This document shows positions 9,985 through 17,293 of a DNA stretch of 36,154 nt, piece by piece. The notes below the pieces were generated by a model. That model saw only the letters and a list, made by a program, of their open reading frames with translations, searched no databases and was not told the origin of the DNA. The position numbers were made by a program, and so were the translations under genes. Source of the stretch: Candidatus Omnitrophota bacterium. Lineage in GTDB: Bacteria; Omnitrophota; Gorgyraeia; Duberdicusellales; 4484-171. Numbering within the stretch: the stretch's first letter is position 1; every line of letters starts with the position of its first letter. The DNA lies in assembly GCA_028717025.1 (NCBI GenBank), contig JAQUOR010000001.1:1-36154 (forward strand), read 5' to 3'.

Positions 9985-11174
9985 CTGCCTAAAAAGTATT
10001 TCAACAATGCCGTACCGCTATCAAAATAAAGGTTGGACCTGGCTGCGTCATTTTCGCAGTACCCGGAAAACCCGCCTTCCGCAATGCCCGTACCCGCGAT
10101 AAGAAACGGCACCGGCTCATCGGTATGGGTACGCTTTGCCACCGGTGTGGGGTGATCGGGAGAAATCAAAATCCTGTATTCCTGGTCGCCAAGCGCTTCG
10201 ACAATCGTTCCTACGACAAGTTTATCGATACGTTCAAGACAGGTAATCTTCATGCGTAGATCCTGGTTATGCCCCGCTTCGTCGGTCGCTTCGATATGAA
10301 TAAAAACAAAATCCACTTCTTCTAATGCCCTAAGGCCTGCCTGTGCTTTACCCAGATAGTTTGTATCGTAATAGCCGGTAGCGCCTTCGACTTCTATTAC
10401 TTTCATGCCGACGATCCTGCCGATACCTTCGATTAAGTCAACCGCGGAAATCACTGCTCCGCGTATACCAAATTTTTCTTTAAACGCGGGCATGTGCGGC
10501 TTAGCGCCCGCTCCCCAGAGCCAGATCATATTGGCGGGATTTTCTTTCAAATCGAGACGCACTTTGTTTATCTCATGCTCTCTTAAAAAGCCTTGCGAAC
10601 GTTTTATTAAATCAGTGATAATTTCGCTGTTTTTTCCGCGCGGAAAATTTTCTTCGATAGCCTGACCCATAATGTCGTGCGGAGCAACGTATTTAAGTTT
10701 GTGTAACTCTAGGACTTCCGCGCCGCGGTACACCATTAAGTTACGGTAGCTTGTGCCGTGATAAAATTCGATATCGCTGGTGCCTAAATTTTTGTTGACG
10801 GCGGTCATCAGGATTTTTGCTTCTCTGTCGCTGATGTGCCCGGCGCTATAATCCGATATTTTATTCTCTGCTTCGGTAATAAGGTTACAACGAAATGCCA
10901 GATCCCCTGCTTTTAATTCTATGCCTAAGTTGGCTGCTTCAAGCGGACCCCGGCCGCAATAATACTGTTCGGGCTCATACCCTAGCAGCGAAAGGTTAGC
11001 CACGTCACTTGAAGGAGTAAATCCTTTAGGGATGGTTTTTACCCTCCCCAACATTCCTCTTTTTGCTAACCCCTGGGTAAAAGGCATGTCGGCAGCTTCA
11101 AGAGGGGTTTTACCTCCCAACATCTCAATAGGATAATCCGCTGCGCCGTCAGGAATAATAACGATGTATTTCAT
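9981..11174 (-). CDS. cofactor-independent phosphoglycerate mutase-like metalloenzyme (ApgM family / proposed alternative homoserine kinase)
   Basis: Motifs seen: MKYIVIIPDGAADYP..GGKTPLEAA..PSSDVANLSLLGYEP..YYCGRGPLEA and C-terminal ISPDHPTP. These fit the alkaline-phosphatase-superfamily ApgM/TIGR02535-like architecture. Confidence 0.8.
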   Translation of the reverse strand: MKYIVIIPDGAADYPIEMLGGKTPLEAADMPFTQGLAKRGMLGRVKTIPKGFTPSSDVANLSLLGYEPEQYYCGRGPLEAANLGIELKAGDLAFRCNLITEAENKISDYSAGHISDREAKILMTAVNKNLGTSDIEFYHGTSYRNLMVYRGAEVLELHKLKYVAPHDIMGQAIEENFPRGKNSEIITDLIKRSQGFLREHEINKVRLDLKENPANMIWLWGAGAKPHMPAFKEKFGIRGAVISAVDLIEGIGRIVGMKVIEVEGATGYYDTNYLGKAQAGLRALEEVDFVFIHIEATDEAGHNQDLRMKITCLERIDKLVVGTIVEALGDQEYRILISPDHPTPVAKRTHTDEPVPFLIAGTGIAEGGFSGYCENDAARSNLYFDSGTALLKYFLGR

Positions 11175-11205
11175 AATAATTATTAATTTAACGACTATAA
11201 GATTT

Positions 11206-11285
11206 AGCTTTCAGCTTCCAGCTAACAGTCTTCAGCTTTTTTAAAACTGACAGCCTACCGTAAGGCGGGTTGATGGCTGAAAGCT
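11206..11285. repeat. 80-nt hairpin closed by a perfect 10-bp stem AGCTTTCAGC / GCTGAAAGCT
   Basis: Arms at 11206-11215 and 11276-11285. The interior is rich in CAGCT/AGCTG words. Confidence 0.75.
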
Positions 11286-11562
11286 GTAACGGTTTCTAAG
11301 AGAGTTTAATACAAAGGCCCTGTTTTTGCAAGGGTTTTTCCAAACGCAGATTTCCGCCTGGACGGATCAGCTTCAAGCTGAAACATCAATGGAGAAACAG
11401 ATATACGCAAATACGCTACGGTTATACACGCCTTGCTCTTTAATGCTTTTCTTGAGCGGGATGGCACGGCAGGAGATAAAAGAATGAATTCACAGGGAAG
11501 GATAAAGTAAGGGCTTAGCGGATAGACGCAATACGAGCGTCTGTAGAAAAAAGATTATTTTA

Positions 11563-11590
11563 TTGCAAAATTGTCTTAAAATTGTATCAT
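11563..11590 (+). promoter_or_regulatory. sigma70-like promoter TTGCAA-N16-TATCAT abutting the trmI start
   Basis: The -35 is at 11563-11568 and the -10 at 11585-11590. Only 10 nt separate the -10 from ATG 11601 and there is no Shine-Dalgarno sequence. Confidence 0.5.
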
Positions 11591-11600
11591 TGTAGATACT

Positions 11601-12428
11601 ATGATTCAGGAAGGCGACCTCGTATTCTTATACAAAGACGAACGCAGAAACTACCTTTTAAAAATCCAGGGAGGTCAGCTGCATACTGATTTGGGTTACT
11701 TTGACTTAAAACGCTTAATCGGCAAAGAGTTTGGTCAGGCCATCGAAACCAATTTAGGGCATGCGTTTTATGTTTTAAAACCTTATCTTTATGAAATGGT
11801 GATGAAAATAAAGCGTAAAACCCAGATTTTGTACCCGAAGGATATCGGCACCATCATAACGCGCGCCAACATCTTTCCGGGAGCCCGCGTTATCGAGTGC
11901 GGCTCAGGCTCGGGATCTCTTACTACTGCATTGGCTAATTTTGTAAGGCCTGGCGGAAAAGTATACAGCTACGATAGAAATCAGGAATTCTCGGACAACG
12001 CGAAAAAAAATGTAGAAAGATACGGTCTTGGCGAATGGGTAGAATTCAAACTACGCGAGGTAATTGAAGAATTTGACGAAAAAGAAGTTGATTTCGTCAT
12101 GATCGATATCGGCAGCCAATGGGACTTAATCGACGCTGCCTATAAATCTTTGAAAGGCGGGTGCAGGCTGGCCTCTATTTGCCCTACCTTCGAACAACTT
12201 ACCAGATTCGTTTTTACCCTGGAAGAAAAAGGTTTTACCAATATCGAAAGCATGGAAGTACTGTTGCGCAAGATCCTCGTACGCAAAGGAAAAACCCGGC
12301 CCGAACAACAAATGCCCTCACATACCGGGTGGCTGGTCTTTGCCTCTAAGATCTTCCCCAAGCAAACCCCCGGCCCGCAGGAACCAACTATAGCGATAGA
12401 AGAACCTCCCGTCACAAACGAAGAATAA
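11601..12428 (+). CDS. trmI: tRNA (adenine-N1)-methyltransferase, GCD14/TrmI family
   Basis: It has the SAM-binding motif VIECGSGSGSLTTALA and the TrmI-like N-terminal beta domain (GDLVFLY.. YFDL..LIG). Confidence 0.85.
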   Translation: MIQEGDLVFLYKDERRNYLLKIQGGQLHTDLGYFDLKRLIGKEFGQAIETNLGHAFYVLKPYLYEMVMKIKRKTQILYPKDIGTIITRANIFPGARVIECGSGSGSLTTALANFVRPGGKVYSYDRNQEFSDNAKKNVERYGLGEWVEFKLREVIEEFDEKEVDFVMIDIGSQWDLIDAAYKSLKGGCRLASICPTFEQLTRFVFTLEEKGFTNIESMEVLLRKILVRKGKTRPEQQMPSHTGWLVFASKIFPKQTPGPQEPTIAIEEPPVTNEE

Positions 12429-12462
12429 AAATATTATATTTTTCAGCGGCTACGGTTACGAT

Positions 12463-12501
12463 GCCTCCCGCCTATACTAAGATTCGGCGGGAGGCTTCGT
12501 T
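12463..12501 (+). terminator. intrinsic-terminator-like hairpin between convergent trmI and lpxA
   Basis: A perfect 10-bp GC-rich stem, GCCTCCCGCC (12463-12472) with GGCGGGAGGC (12486-12495), is followed by TTCGTT. Confidence 0.55.
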
Positions 12502-12530
12502 GCCCTTACCGTCACCGATACATCGAAAAA

Positions 12531-13403
12531 TTACACTTTTTGATTACGCTCCATGATTCTTAAGAATATATCGTACGTAGGGATCCTGGTGCGGATAAAA
12601 TAAGGGTAGTCTAAAAATATCTTCTCTAAAAATGAGCTTTTATGCGGGCCGCTGATGCCGCGTTTTGACAGAGAAAGAAAATCAACTATCTCTTTTACCT
12701 TCTCGCACGGCATGCGTTTTAATTCGATAAGCGCATTCGTTAATGACAGGTTTTTACGATAAAGTATGTTGAATGCTTTTTTAATTTCCCCGATTTCGGC
12801 AATGCTGAATTTTTTTCGCTTAAGTCCTACTACGTTAAGCCCCCACACCCGCGAATCACCCACGACCATCATAAAAGGCGGAATGTCCTGGTTAACGCGA
12901 GAAAGCCCTCCTACCATAGCAAGCCTGCCGATACGCACGAACTGATGCACCACGACATTGCCGGAGATAAAAGCATTGTCCTGTATCTCGACGTGACCGG
13001 CGATAAGCGCGCCGTTACACAGCACCACGCCGTTGTTGAGATGACAATCGTGTGCGACATGGGAAAACCCCATTAAATAATTATTATCCCCAAGTAAGGT
13101 GACCTTATCGGGGCTGCTTGAGGCATGAATGGTCACGTATTCACGAATCACATTATTTTTACCGATACGCACGCAGCCGTCGTTGCTTGTACAACCTAAA
13201 ATCTGGGGCGTCTCACCGATCAACGCGCCGGTACCTATCACGGTATTATCGCCTATGCCGGTATTCCCCTTGATGTGCGCAAAGGGTGAGACAATAACAT
13301 TATTACCGAGGCGCACTCCTTTTTCTATGACTGCGTAGGCTGCGATACGGCAGCCTACGCCCATTATCGCTTCCTTATCTATTACTGCTTTTTCATGGAT
13401 CAT
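12531..13403 (-). CDS. lpxA: acyl-ACP--UDP-N-acetylglucosamine O-acyltransferase
   Basis: Left-handed beta-helix hexapeptide repeats are present. Motifs: HVAHDC, AGHVEIQD, VHQFVRIG, DIPPF, GLNVVGLKR. ATG 13403 has an AAGGAG RBS and overlaps the amrS stop (ATGA). There is a C-terminal extension of about 35 aa. Confidence 0.9.
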   Translation of the reverse strand: MIHEKAVIDKEAIMGVGCRIAAYAVIEKGVRLGNNVIVSPFAHIKGNTGIGDNTVIGTGALIGETPQILGCTSNDGCVRIGKNNVIREYVTIHASSSPDKVTLLGDNNYLMGFSHVAHDCHLNNGVVLCNGALIAGHVEIQDNAFISGNVVVHQFVRIGRLAMVGGLSRVNQDIPPFMMVVGDSRVWGLNVVGLKRKKFSIAEIGEIKKAFNILYRKNLSLTNALIELKRMPCEKVKEIVDFLSLSKRGISGPHKSSFLEKIFLDYPYFIRTRIPTYDIFLRIMERNQKV

Positions 13404-14413
13404 TGCCATACTCCTTTGATTGGTTGTTGACAGTAAACGCAAGCGCCGTTTTTAATCTTCCGGTTCTTTATAAAAAACCCTGCTCTTTCTATAAGCAGCT
13501 GTGTACACTTCGGGCAATAGGTATTTTCTCCTTGGGCACTTTCGACGTTGCCCATATACACAAAGTTAAGCCCTTGCTCTTTACCTATTGCATGCGCCCG
13601 TTCTAAAGAAACAAAAGAAGTACGTTTGATATCGGTAAGCTGGTAATCCGGATGGAATGCGGAAATGTGCCAGGGAATATCCTTGTCCACTGAAACAAGA
13701 AAAGAAGCGATGTCGGATAACTCCTGATCGCTATCGTTTACACCCGGGATAAGCAACGTCGTTACTTCTACCCAAATATTAAGTTCCCTCATCAAGGCGA
13801 TGTTCGCAAGCACAGGGCTTAAGTCTCCTTTACACGTTTTTCTGTAAAAATCCTGCCGGAACGATTTTAAATCGACGTTCGCGGCGTCCAGATACGGGGC
13901 TATCACCCTAAGCGCTTCTTGCCCCATAAAACCATTAGTAACAAAAACATTAGAAAGCCCGTTTTCTTGGGCCTTTATGCTGCATTCATACGCGAATTCA
14001 AAGTAAATAGTAGGCTCAGTATAGGTATATGAGATGCTCGGCGCATTGTTTTTTAATGCTTTCTCTACTACCTCTTTGGGCGCCATATCGACGGATCTGA
14101 CCCCCATTCTTTGCGCTTCTTGTACTTGCGAAATTTCCCAATTTTGGCAGAAATCGCATTTAAAATTACATCCGGTTGCGGCAATCGAGAAAGACTGAGA
14201 ACCGGGAAGGAAATGAAATAAGGGCTTTTTCTCGATAGGGTCAACATTGGCCGCAACCACTTTGCCGTAGTTTAAAGAATACAGGATACCTTGCCGGTTT
14301 TCCCGGACCTGGCAAATACCTTTTTTACCTTCGGCAATGTTACAGCGGTGATTGCACAGAAAACAATCTACTCTCTGGTCTTCTTTTTTATGATAAAATG
14401 ATGCTTCTTTCAT
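13400..14413 (-). CDS. amrS: AmmeMemoRadiSam system radical SAM enzyme
   Basis: N-terminal Cys cluster CFLCNHRC..GICQVR, radical SAM motif CNFKCDFCQNWEIS and C-terminal CPKC..CVYC. The overall sequence is PflA-like and typical of TIGR04337. Confidence 0.85.
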   Translation of the reverse strand: MKEASFYHKKEDQRVDCFLCNHRCNIAEGKKGICQVRENRQGILYSLNYGKVVAANVDPIEKKPLFHFLPGSQSFSIAATGCNFKCDFCQNWEISQVQEAQRMGVRSVDMAPKEVVEKALKNNAPSISYTYTEPTIYFEFAYECSIKAQENGLSNVFVTNGFMGQEALRVIAPYLDAANVDLKSFRQDFYRKTCKGDLSPVLANIALMRELNIWVEVTTLLIPGVNDSDQELSDIASFLVSVDKDIPWHISAFHPDYQLTDIKRTSFVSLERAHAIGKEQGLNFVYMGNVESAQGENTYCPKCTQLLIERAGFFIKNRKIKNGACVYCQQPIKGVWQ

Positions 14414-14419
14414 TGCAAC

Positions 14420-14452
14420 GCGGATTCCCGCAAATCTAACACAGATTTACGC
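14420..14452 (+). repeat. dispersed element GCGGATTCCCGC-N12-GATTTACGC
   Basis: The same 12-mer and 9-mer flanks occur in inverse orientation at 20887-20925 with an N13 core. A collapsed copy, GCGGATTTACGC, lies at 29822-29838. Confidence 0.8.
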
Positions 14453-14646
14453 AGATAATGTTTCTACGGCCATCTGCGCTTTCAATCAACACTCATTATC
14501 CCTCGCGCCTATAATACCGGGTAGATTTCTGCGAAATTTACCTGGAGCGCTTCGGGATTGATCCGGCTACACGCTTTTTCTTTCGCTTCGCTCCGAAAAA
14601 GATGCTGCCTCATTAAATTATATAGTTGATTTTTATAAATTCAACC

Positions 14647-14682
14647 CAGATTTTGCGCTCCCCTGCGCACAGACAAAATCTG
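14647..14682. repeat. hairpin CAGATTTTG(CGC)...(GCG..)CAAAATCTG
   Basis: A perfect 9-bp outer stem (14647-14655 with 14674-14682) plus an inner GCGC/GCGC pair, located in the amrS/ParA-module divergent region. Confidence 0.75.
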
Positions 14683-14781
14683 CCCGAAAGGCAAAATTTG
14701 CAGTATTTTTTGGCACCGACATTATAGTACCTAAAATTTATACTGAGAAATAATTAAATGTTATATTTATTGTAATTTCTA

Positions 14782-14809
14782 TTGCAAATTTTGGGTTCAA
14801 TGGTAATAT
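14782..14809 (+). promoter_or_regulatory. sigma70-like promoter TTGCAA-N16-TAATAT just upstream of the 14818 start
   Basis: The -35 is at 14782-14787 and the -10 at 14804-14809 (an alternative TATAAT lies at 14807-14812). The GTG start is 8 nt downstream and has no SD. Confidence 0.4.
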
Positions 14810-14817
14810 AATTAGCT

Positions 14818-15516
14818 GTGAACAAGAAAAACGACTCTCTTTTCCCTTATGCGTATATAGATTCGCAACGATTACGGGAAACATTTTTCTCACCGCAAAA
14901 GAAACGAACGCTTGCCAAAAAGAAAAAAAATTTCTCCTCTAATAAAATCATTCTCTCTTGCGGTATTGCGCTGGCGGCACTCCTTGTATCCGGCGCTTTT
15001 GTATTCGTTTTCAAATATGATTTCCTCGTTGTTCCCCACGTGACCATAGAAACAGAAGCCTCCCTCCTGCGCAATCCCAACCGCTCTTCTGCGTTTATAA
15101 TAAAGAACGGGGTCGCATCAAAGGTGAAAAAAACTCCTCTCTATCTGGAGATTCCCTCACAGGAAAACGTAAGACTGCGTATCGATCTTAAGAAATCCGC
15201 CAACATAAGCAAAACTCCTATTGTATTTTATCTAAAGAAAGTCAATACCCCTCTAAAAATCGGCGTGGTAGTACGTGACACCCAGTTTTTTTCTAATTCG
15301 CTTAATCCTTTTATCCTTGAATTAAAAAACACGGGAGATACCGAATATTTGCAGGTTCCCCTGGCGCTTACCGCAACGCAGTTACAAAATACAAACCTTT
15401 CTAATATCAACCAGATCAGTTTATATTTTTATCCGCCGGATAAAAACGAAACTACGGCGATTAAAAATTGGGTAGTAATCAAAGATATGGTGTTAGCGGA
15501 AAAGGAGGGCAAATGA
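14818..15516 (+). CDS. hypothetical single-pass membrane protein with Lys/Arg-rich N-terminal tail and beta-rich C-terminal domain
   Basis: The start is a GTG and is uncertain. It has a basic tail (SPQKKRTLAKKKKNFSS), a TM segment (IILSCGIALAALLVSGAFVFVF) and a roughly 165-aa beta-strand-like domain. Its stop overlaps the start of the next gene (ATGA, 15513-15516). Confidence 0.6.
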   Translation: MNKKNDSLFPYAYIDSQRLRETFFSPQKKRTLAKKKKNFSSNKIILSCGIALAALLVSGAFVFVFKYDFLVVPHVTIETEASLLRNPNRSSAFIIKNGVASKVKKTPLYLEIPSQENVRLRIDLKKSANISKTPIVFYLKKVNTPLKIGVVVRDTQFFSNSLNPFILELKNTGDTEYLQVPLALTATQLQNTNLSNINQISLYFYPPDKNETTAIKNWVVIKDMVLAEKEGK

Positions 15517-16535
15517 AAATCATATCAATCGTCAATCAAAAAGGCGGCTGTGGAAAAACAATCACCGCGGTTAATTGCGCCGCTGCCTTACATAAAAAAG
15601 GATATAAAGTTCTGCTCGTCGATTGTGACCCCCAGGCCCATGCAACTTTCTCCTTACGTAAAGAATCGCGCGTCTATATCACGGACATCCTGGAAGCAAT
15701 TGCCGGGAACCAAGAGCTACCCAGCGAAGGCCTTCTTACTCAGGTTGCTGATAATTTTTATCTCGTTCCTTCCCGTATTGGTTTAGCTTCCTTAGAGCAT
15801 AAGCTCAGCGTGCGCGACGATAAGCTGCAAATACTTTCCTCGTTCCTCAGCAAGGTTTCCGCAAATTTCGATTACTGCCTCCTTGACTGTCCTCCTAATT
15901 TAGGCGTATTAACGCTTAACGCTCTGGAAGCAAGCCGTTATTCGCTGGTCCCTCTTATGGCCTGCGATTTTAGTCTGCGCGGCATAGAAATATTAAAGGA
16001 TATCCTCATCATGCTGAAAGAATATAAAGGAAGCCACCCTATACCCTTCTATCTGTTGACACAAGTAGACAAACGATATAACTTTTCCAAGGAATTCAGC
16101 GAAAAAGTCAAAAAACAGCTGGGCAATCTTCTCTTAAAATCCACGATACGCATCAATATATCGTTACGAGAGGCGGCGAGTGCGGGAAAAACGATTTTTG
16201 AGTATAAAGCAGATTCGCGCGGCGCTGAAGATTTTCTGGCACTTGCAACGGAACTGGAAAAAATCACTTCCCAGAGTAAATGGACCTCTCTGTTTTTACG
16301 CGGAGATAAATTTTCCGAAGTATACCTGGTAGGCGACTTTAATAATTGGAAACGTGATGAACGCTACCGGCTCAATAAAGTCGGGGAAGATATCTGGAGT
16401 ATCAACGTTCCTTTAGAAACAGGTAAATACCGCTATAAGTTTGTCGCCGGGGACAGCTGGTTTAATGATCCTCATAACGCGTTGGCGGAAGACGATGCTT
16501 TTGGCGGGAAAAATTCGCTTCTGGTAATTGAATAA
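15513..16535 (+). CDS. ParA/MinD-family ATPase fused to a C-terminal CBM48 / AMPK-beta-type glycogen-binding module
   Basis: AAGGAGGG lies directly upstream of ATG 15513. ParA/Soj-like motifs: deviant Walker A NQKGGCGKT, VLLVDCDPQ and Walker B DYCLLDCPP. The last roughly 85 aa (EVYLVGDFNNW..GKYRYKFVAGDSWFNDP..GGKNSLLVIE) closely follow the AMPK-beta GBD pattern (EVYLSGSFNNW..GEHQYKFFVDGQWTHDP..). Confidence 0.85.
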   Translation: MKIISIVNQKGGCGKTITAVNCAAALHKKGYKVLLVDCDPQAHATFSLRKESRVYITDILEAIAGNQELPSEGLLTQVADNFYLVPSRIGLASLEHKLSVRDDKLQILSSFLSKVSANFDYCLLDCPPNLGVLTLNALEASRYSLVPLMACDFSLRGIEILKDILIMLKEYKGSHPIPFYLLTQVDKRYNFSKEFSEKVKKQLGNLLLKSTIRINISLREAASAGKTIFEYKADSRGAEDFLALATELEKITSQSKWTSLFLRGDKFSEVYLVGDFNNWKRDERYRLNKVGEDIWSINVPLETGKYRYKFVAGDSWFNDPHNALAEDDAFGGKNSLLVIE

Positions 16536-16561
16536 ACGCACTACGCGTGGCGGACTTTAAA

Positions 16562-17266
16562 TTACCGCGCCTCTTCGCTGATAATCGTAATCTTACCTAC
16601 CATACCGATAAATTCTAAACGCAGAGGAATTTTATTTTCTTTATCAAGCCACAAGTTAAACCGCCGCGCACCGCTGCCTACTAAAAAAATGGTTTCTTTT
16701 TTTGTCCCGGGCAACACTCGATACGATTCAAATTTTATTTTGATTTTATTGGTAGGGAGATTAAAAGTGAGGGACTTTCCTAACTGCAAGCCTGCATCCT
16801 GAGGGAAAAAATAAAGAAGCGACAAAATGTTTTGGATGGGTATGTCCTGGTACAAAAAATTCTCTTTTTTATCGGCATTAGTCTTTGTGATCTTTACGAA
16901 ACCTTTTTTCTGGTTATAAATCTCTTCAATGAGTTCTTTTTTCCCGAAAAAGACGATATCACGCACAACTTTAATGGGTAAATGCGTTGACGCATCAAGA
17001 AAAACTTTTTCCTGACTTTCCAGGTTAAGCAAACGCAGGATCTTGGTATCGGAAGTTACCTCAAGAACATCAACGAGGCTTCCTTCAATTGTTTCCTGAC
17101 CCAGATACCGCCACTCTATTTTTCCGGAAGGAATACCGTTAAAAAAAACCGCGTATGCAAGTTTTTCCTTGCCCCCAAACCTGGTCTTAAGCGAATTCTC
17201 GGCATAGCAGGATGTGACGTATATGCTTAAAAGCAGCGTTAAAATAATTTGCTGTAAACCACGCAT
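16562..17266 (-). CDS. secreted hypothetical protein (possibly DUF3108-like)
   Basis: It has a signal peptide (LLLSIYVTSCYAE) and a GGGAG RBS, and lies 27 nt downstream of the patatin gene. The family assignment is tentative. Confidence 0.6.
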   Translation of the reverse strand: MRGLQQIILTLLLSIYVTSCYAENSLKTRFGGKEKLAYAVFFNGIPSGKIEWRYLGQETIEGSLVDVLEVTSDTKILRLLNLESQEKVFLDASTHLPIKVVRDIVFFGKKELIEEIYNQKKGFVKITKTNADKKENFLYQDIPIQNILSLLYFFPQDAGLQLGKSLTFNLPTNKIKIKFESYRVLPGTKKETIFLVGSGARRFNLWLDKENKIPLRLEFIGMVGKITIISEEAR

Positions 17267-17293
17267 GTTCTCCCTTTTTCATTGTGCACGCAT

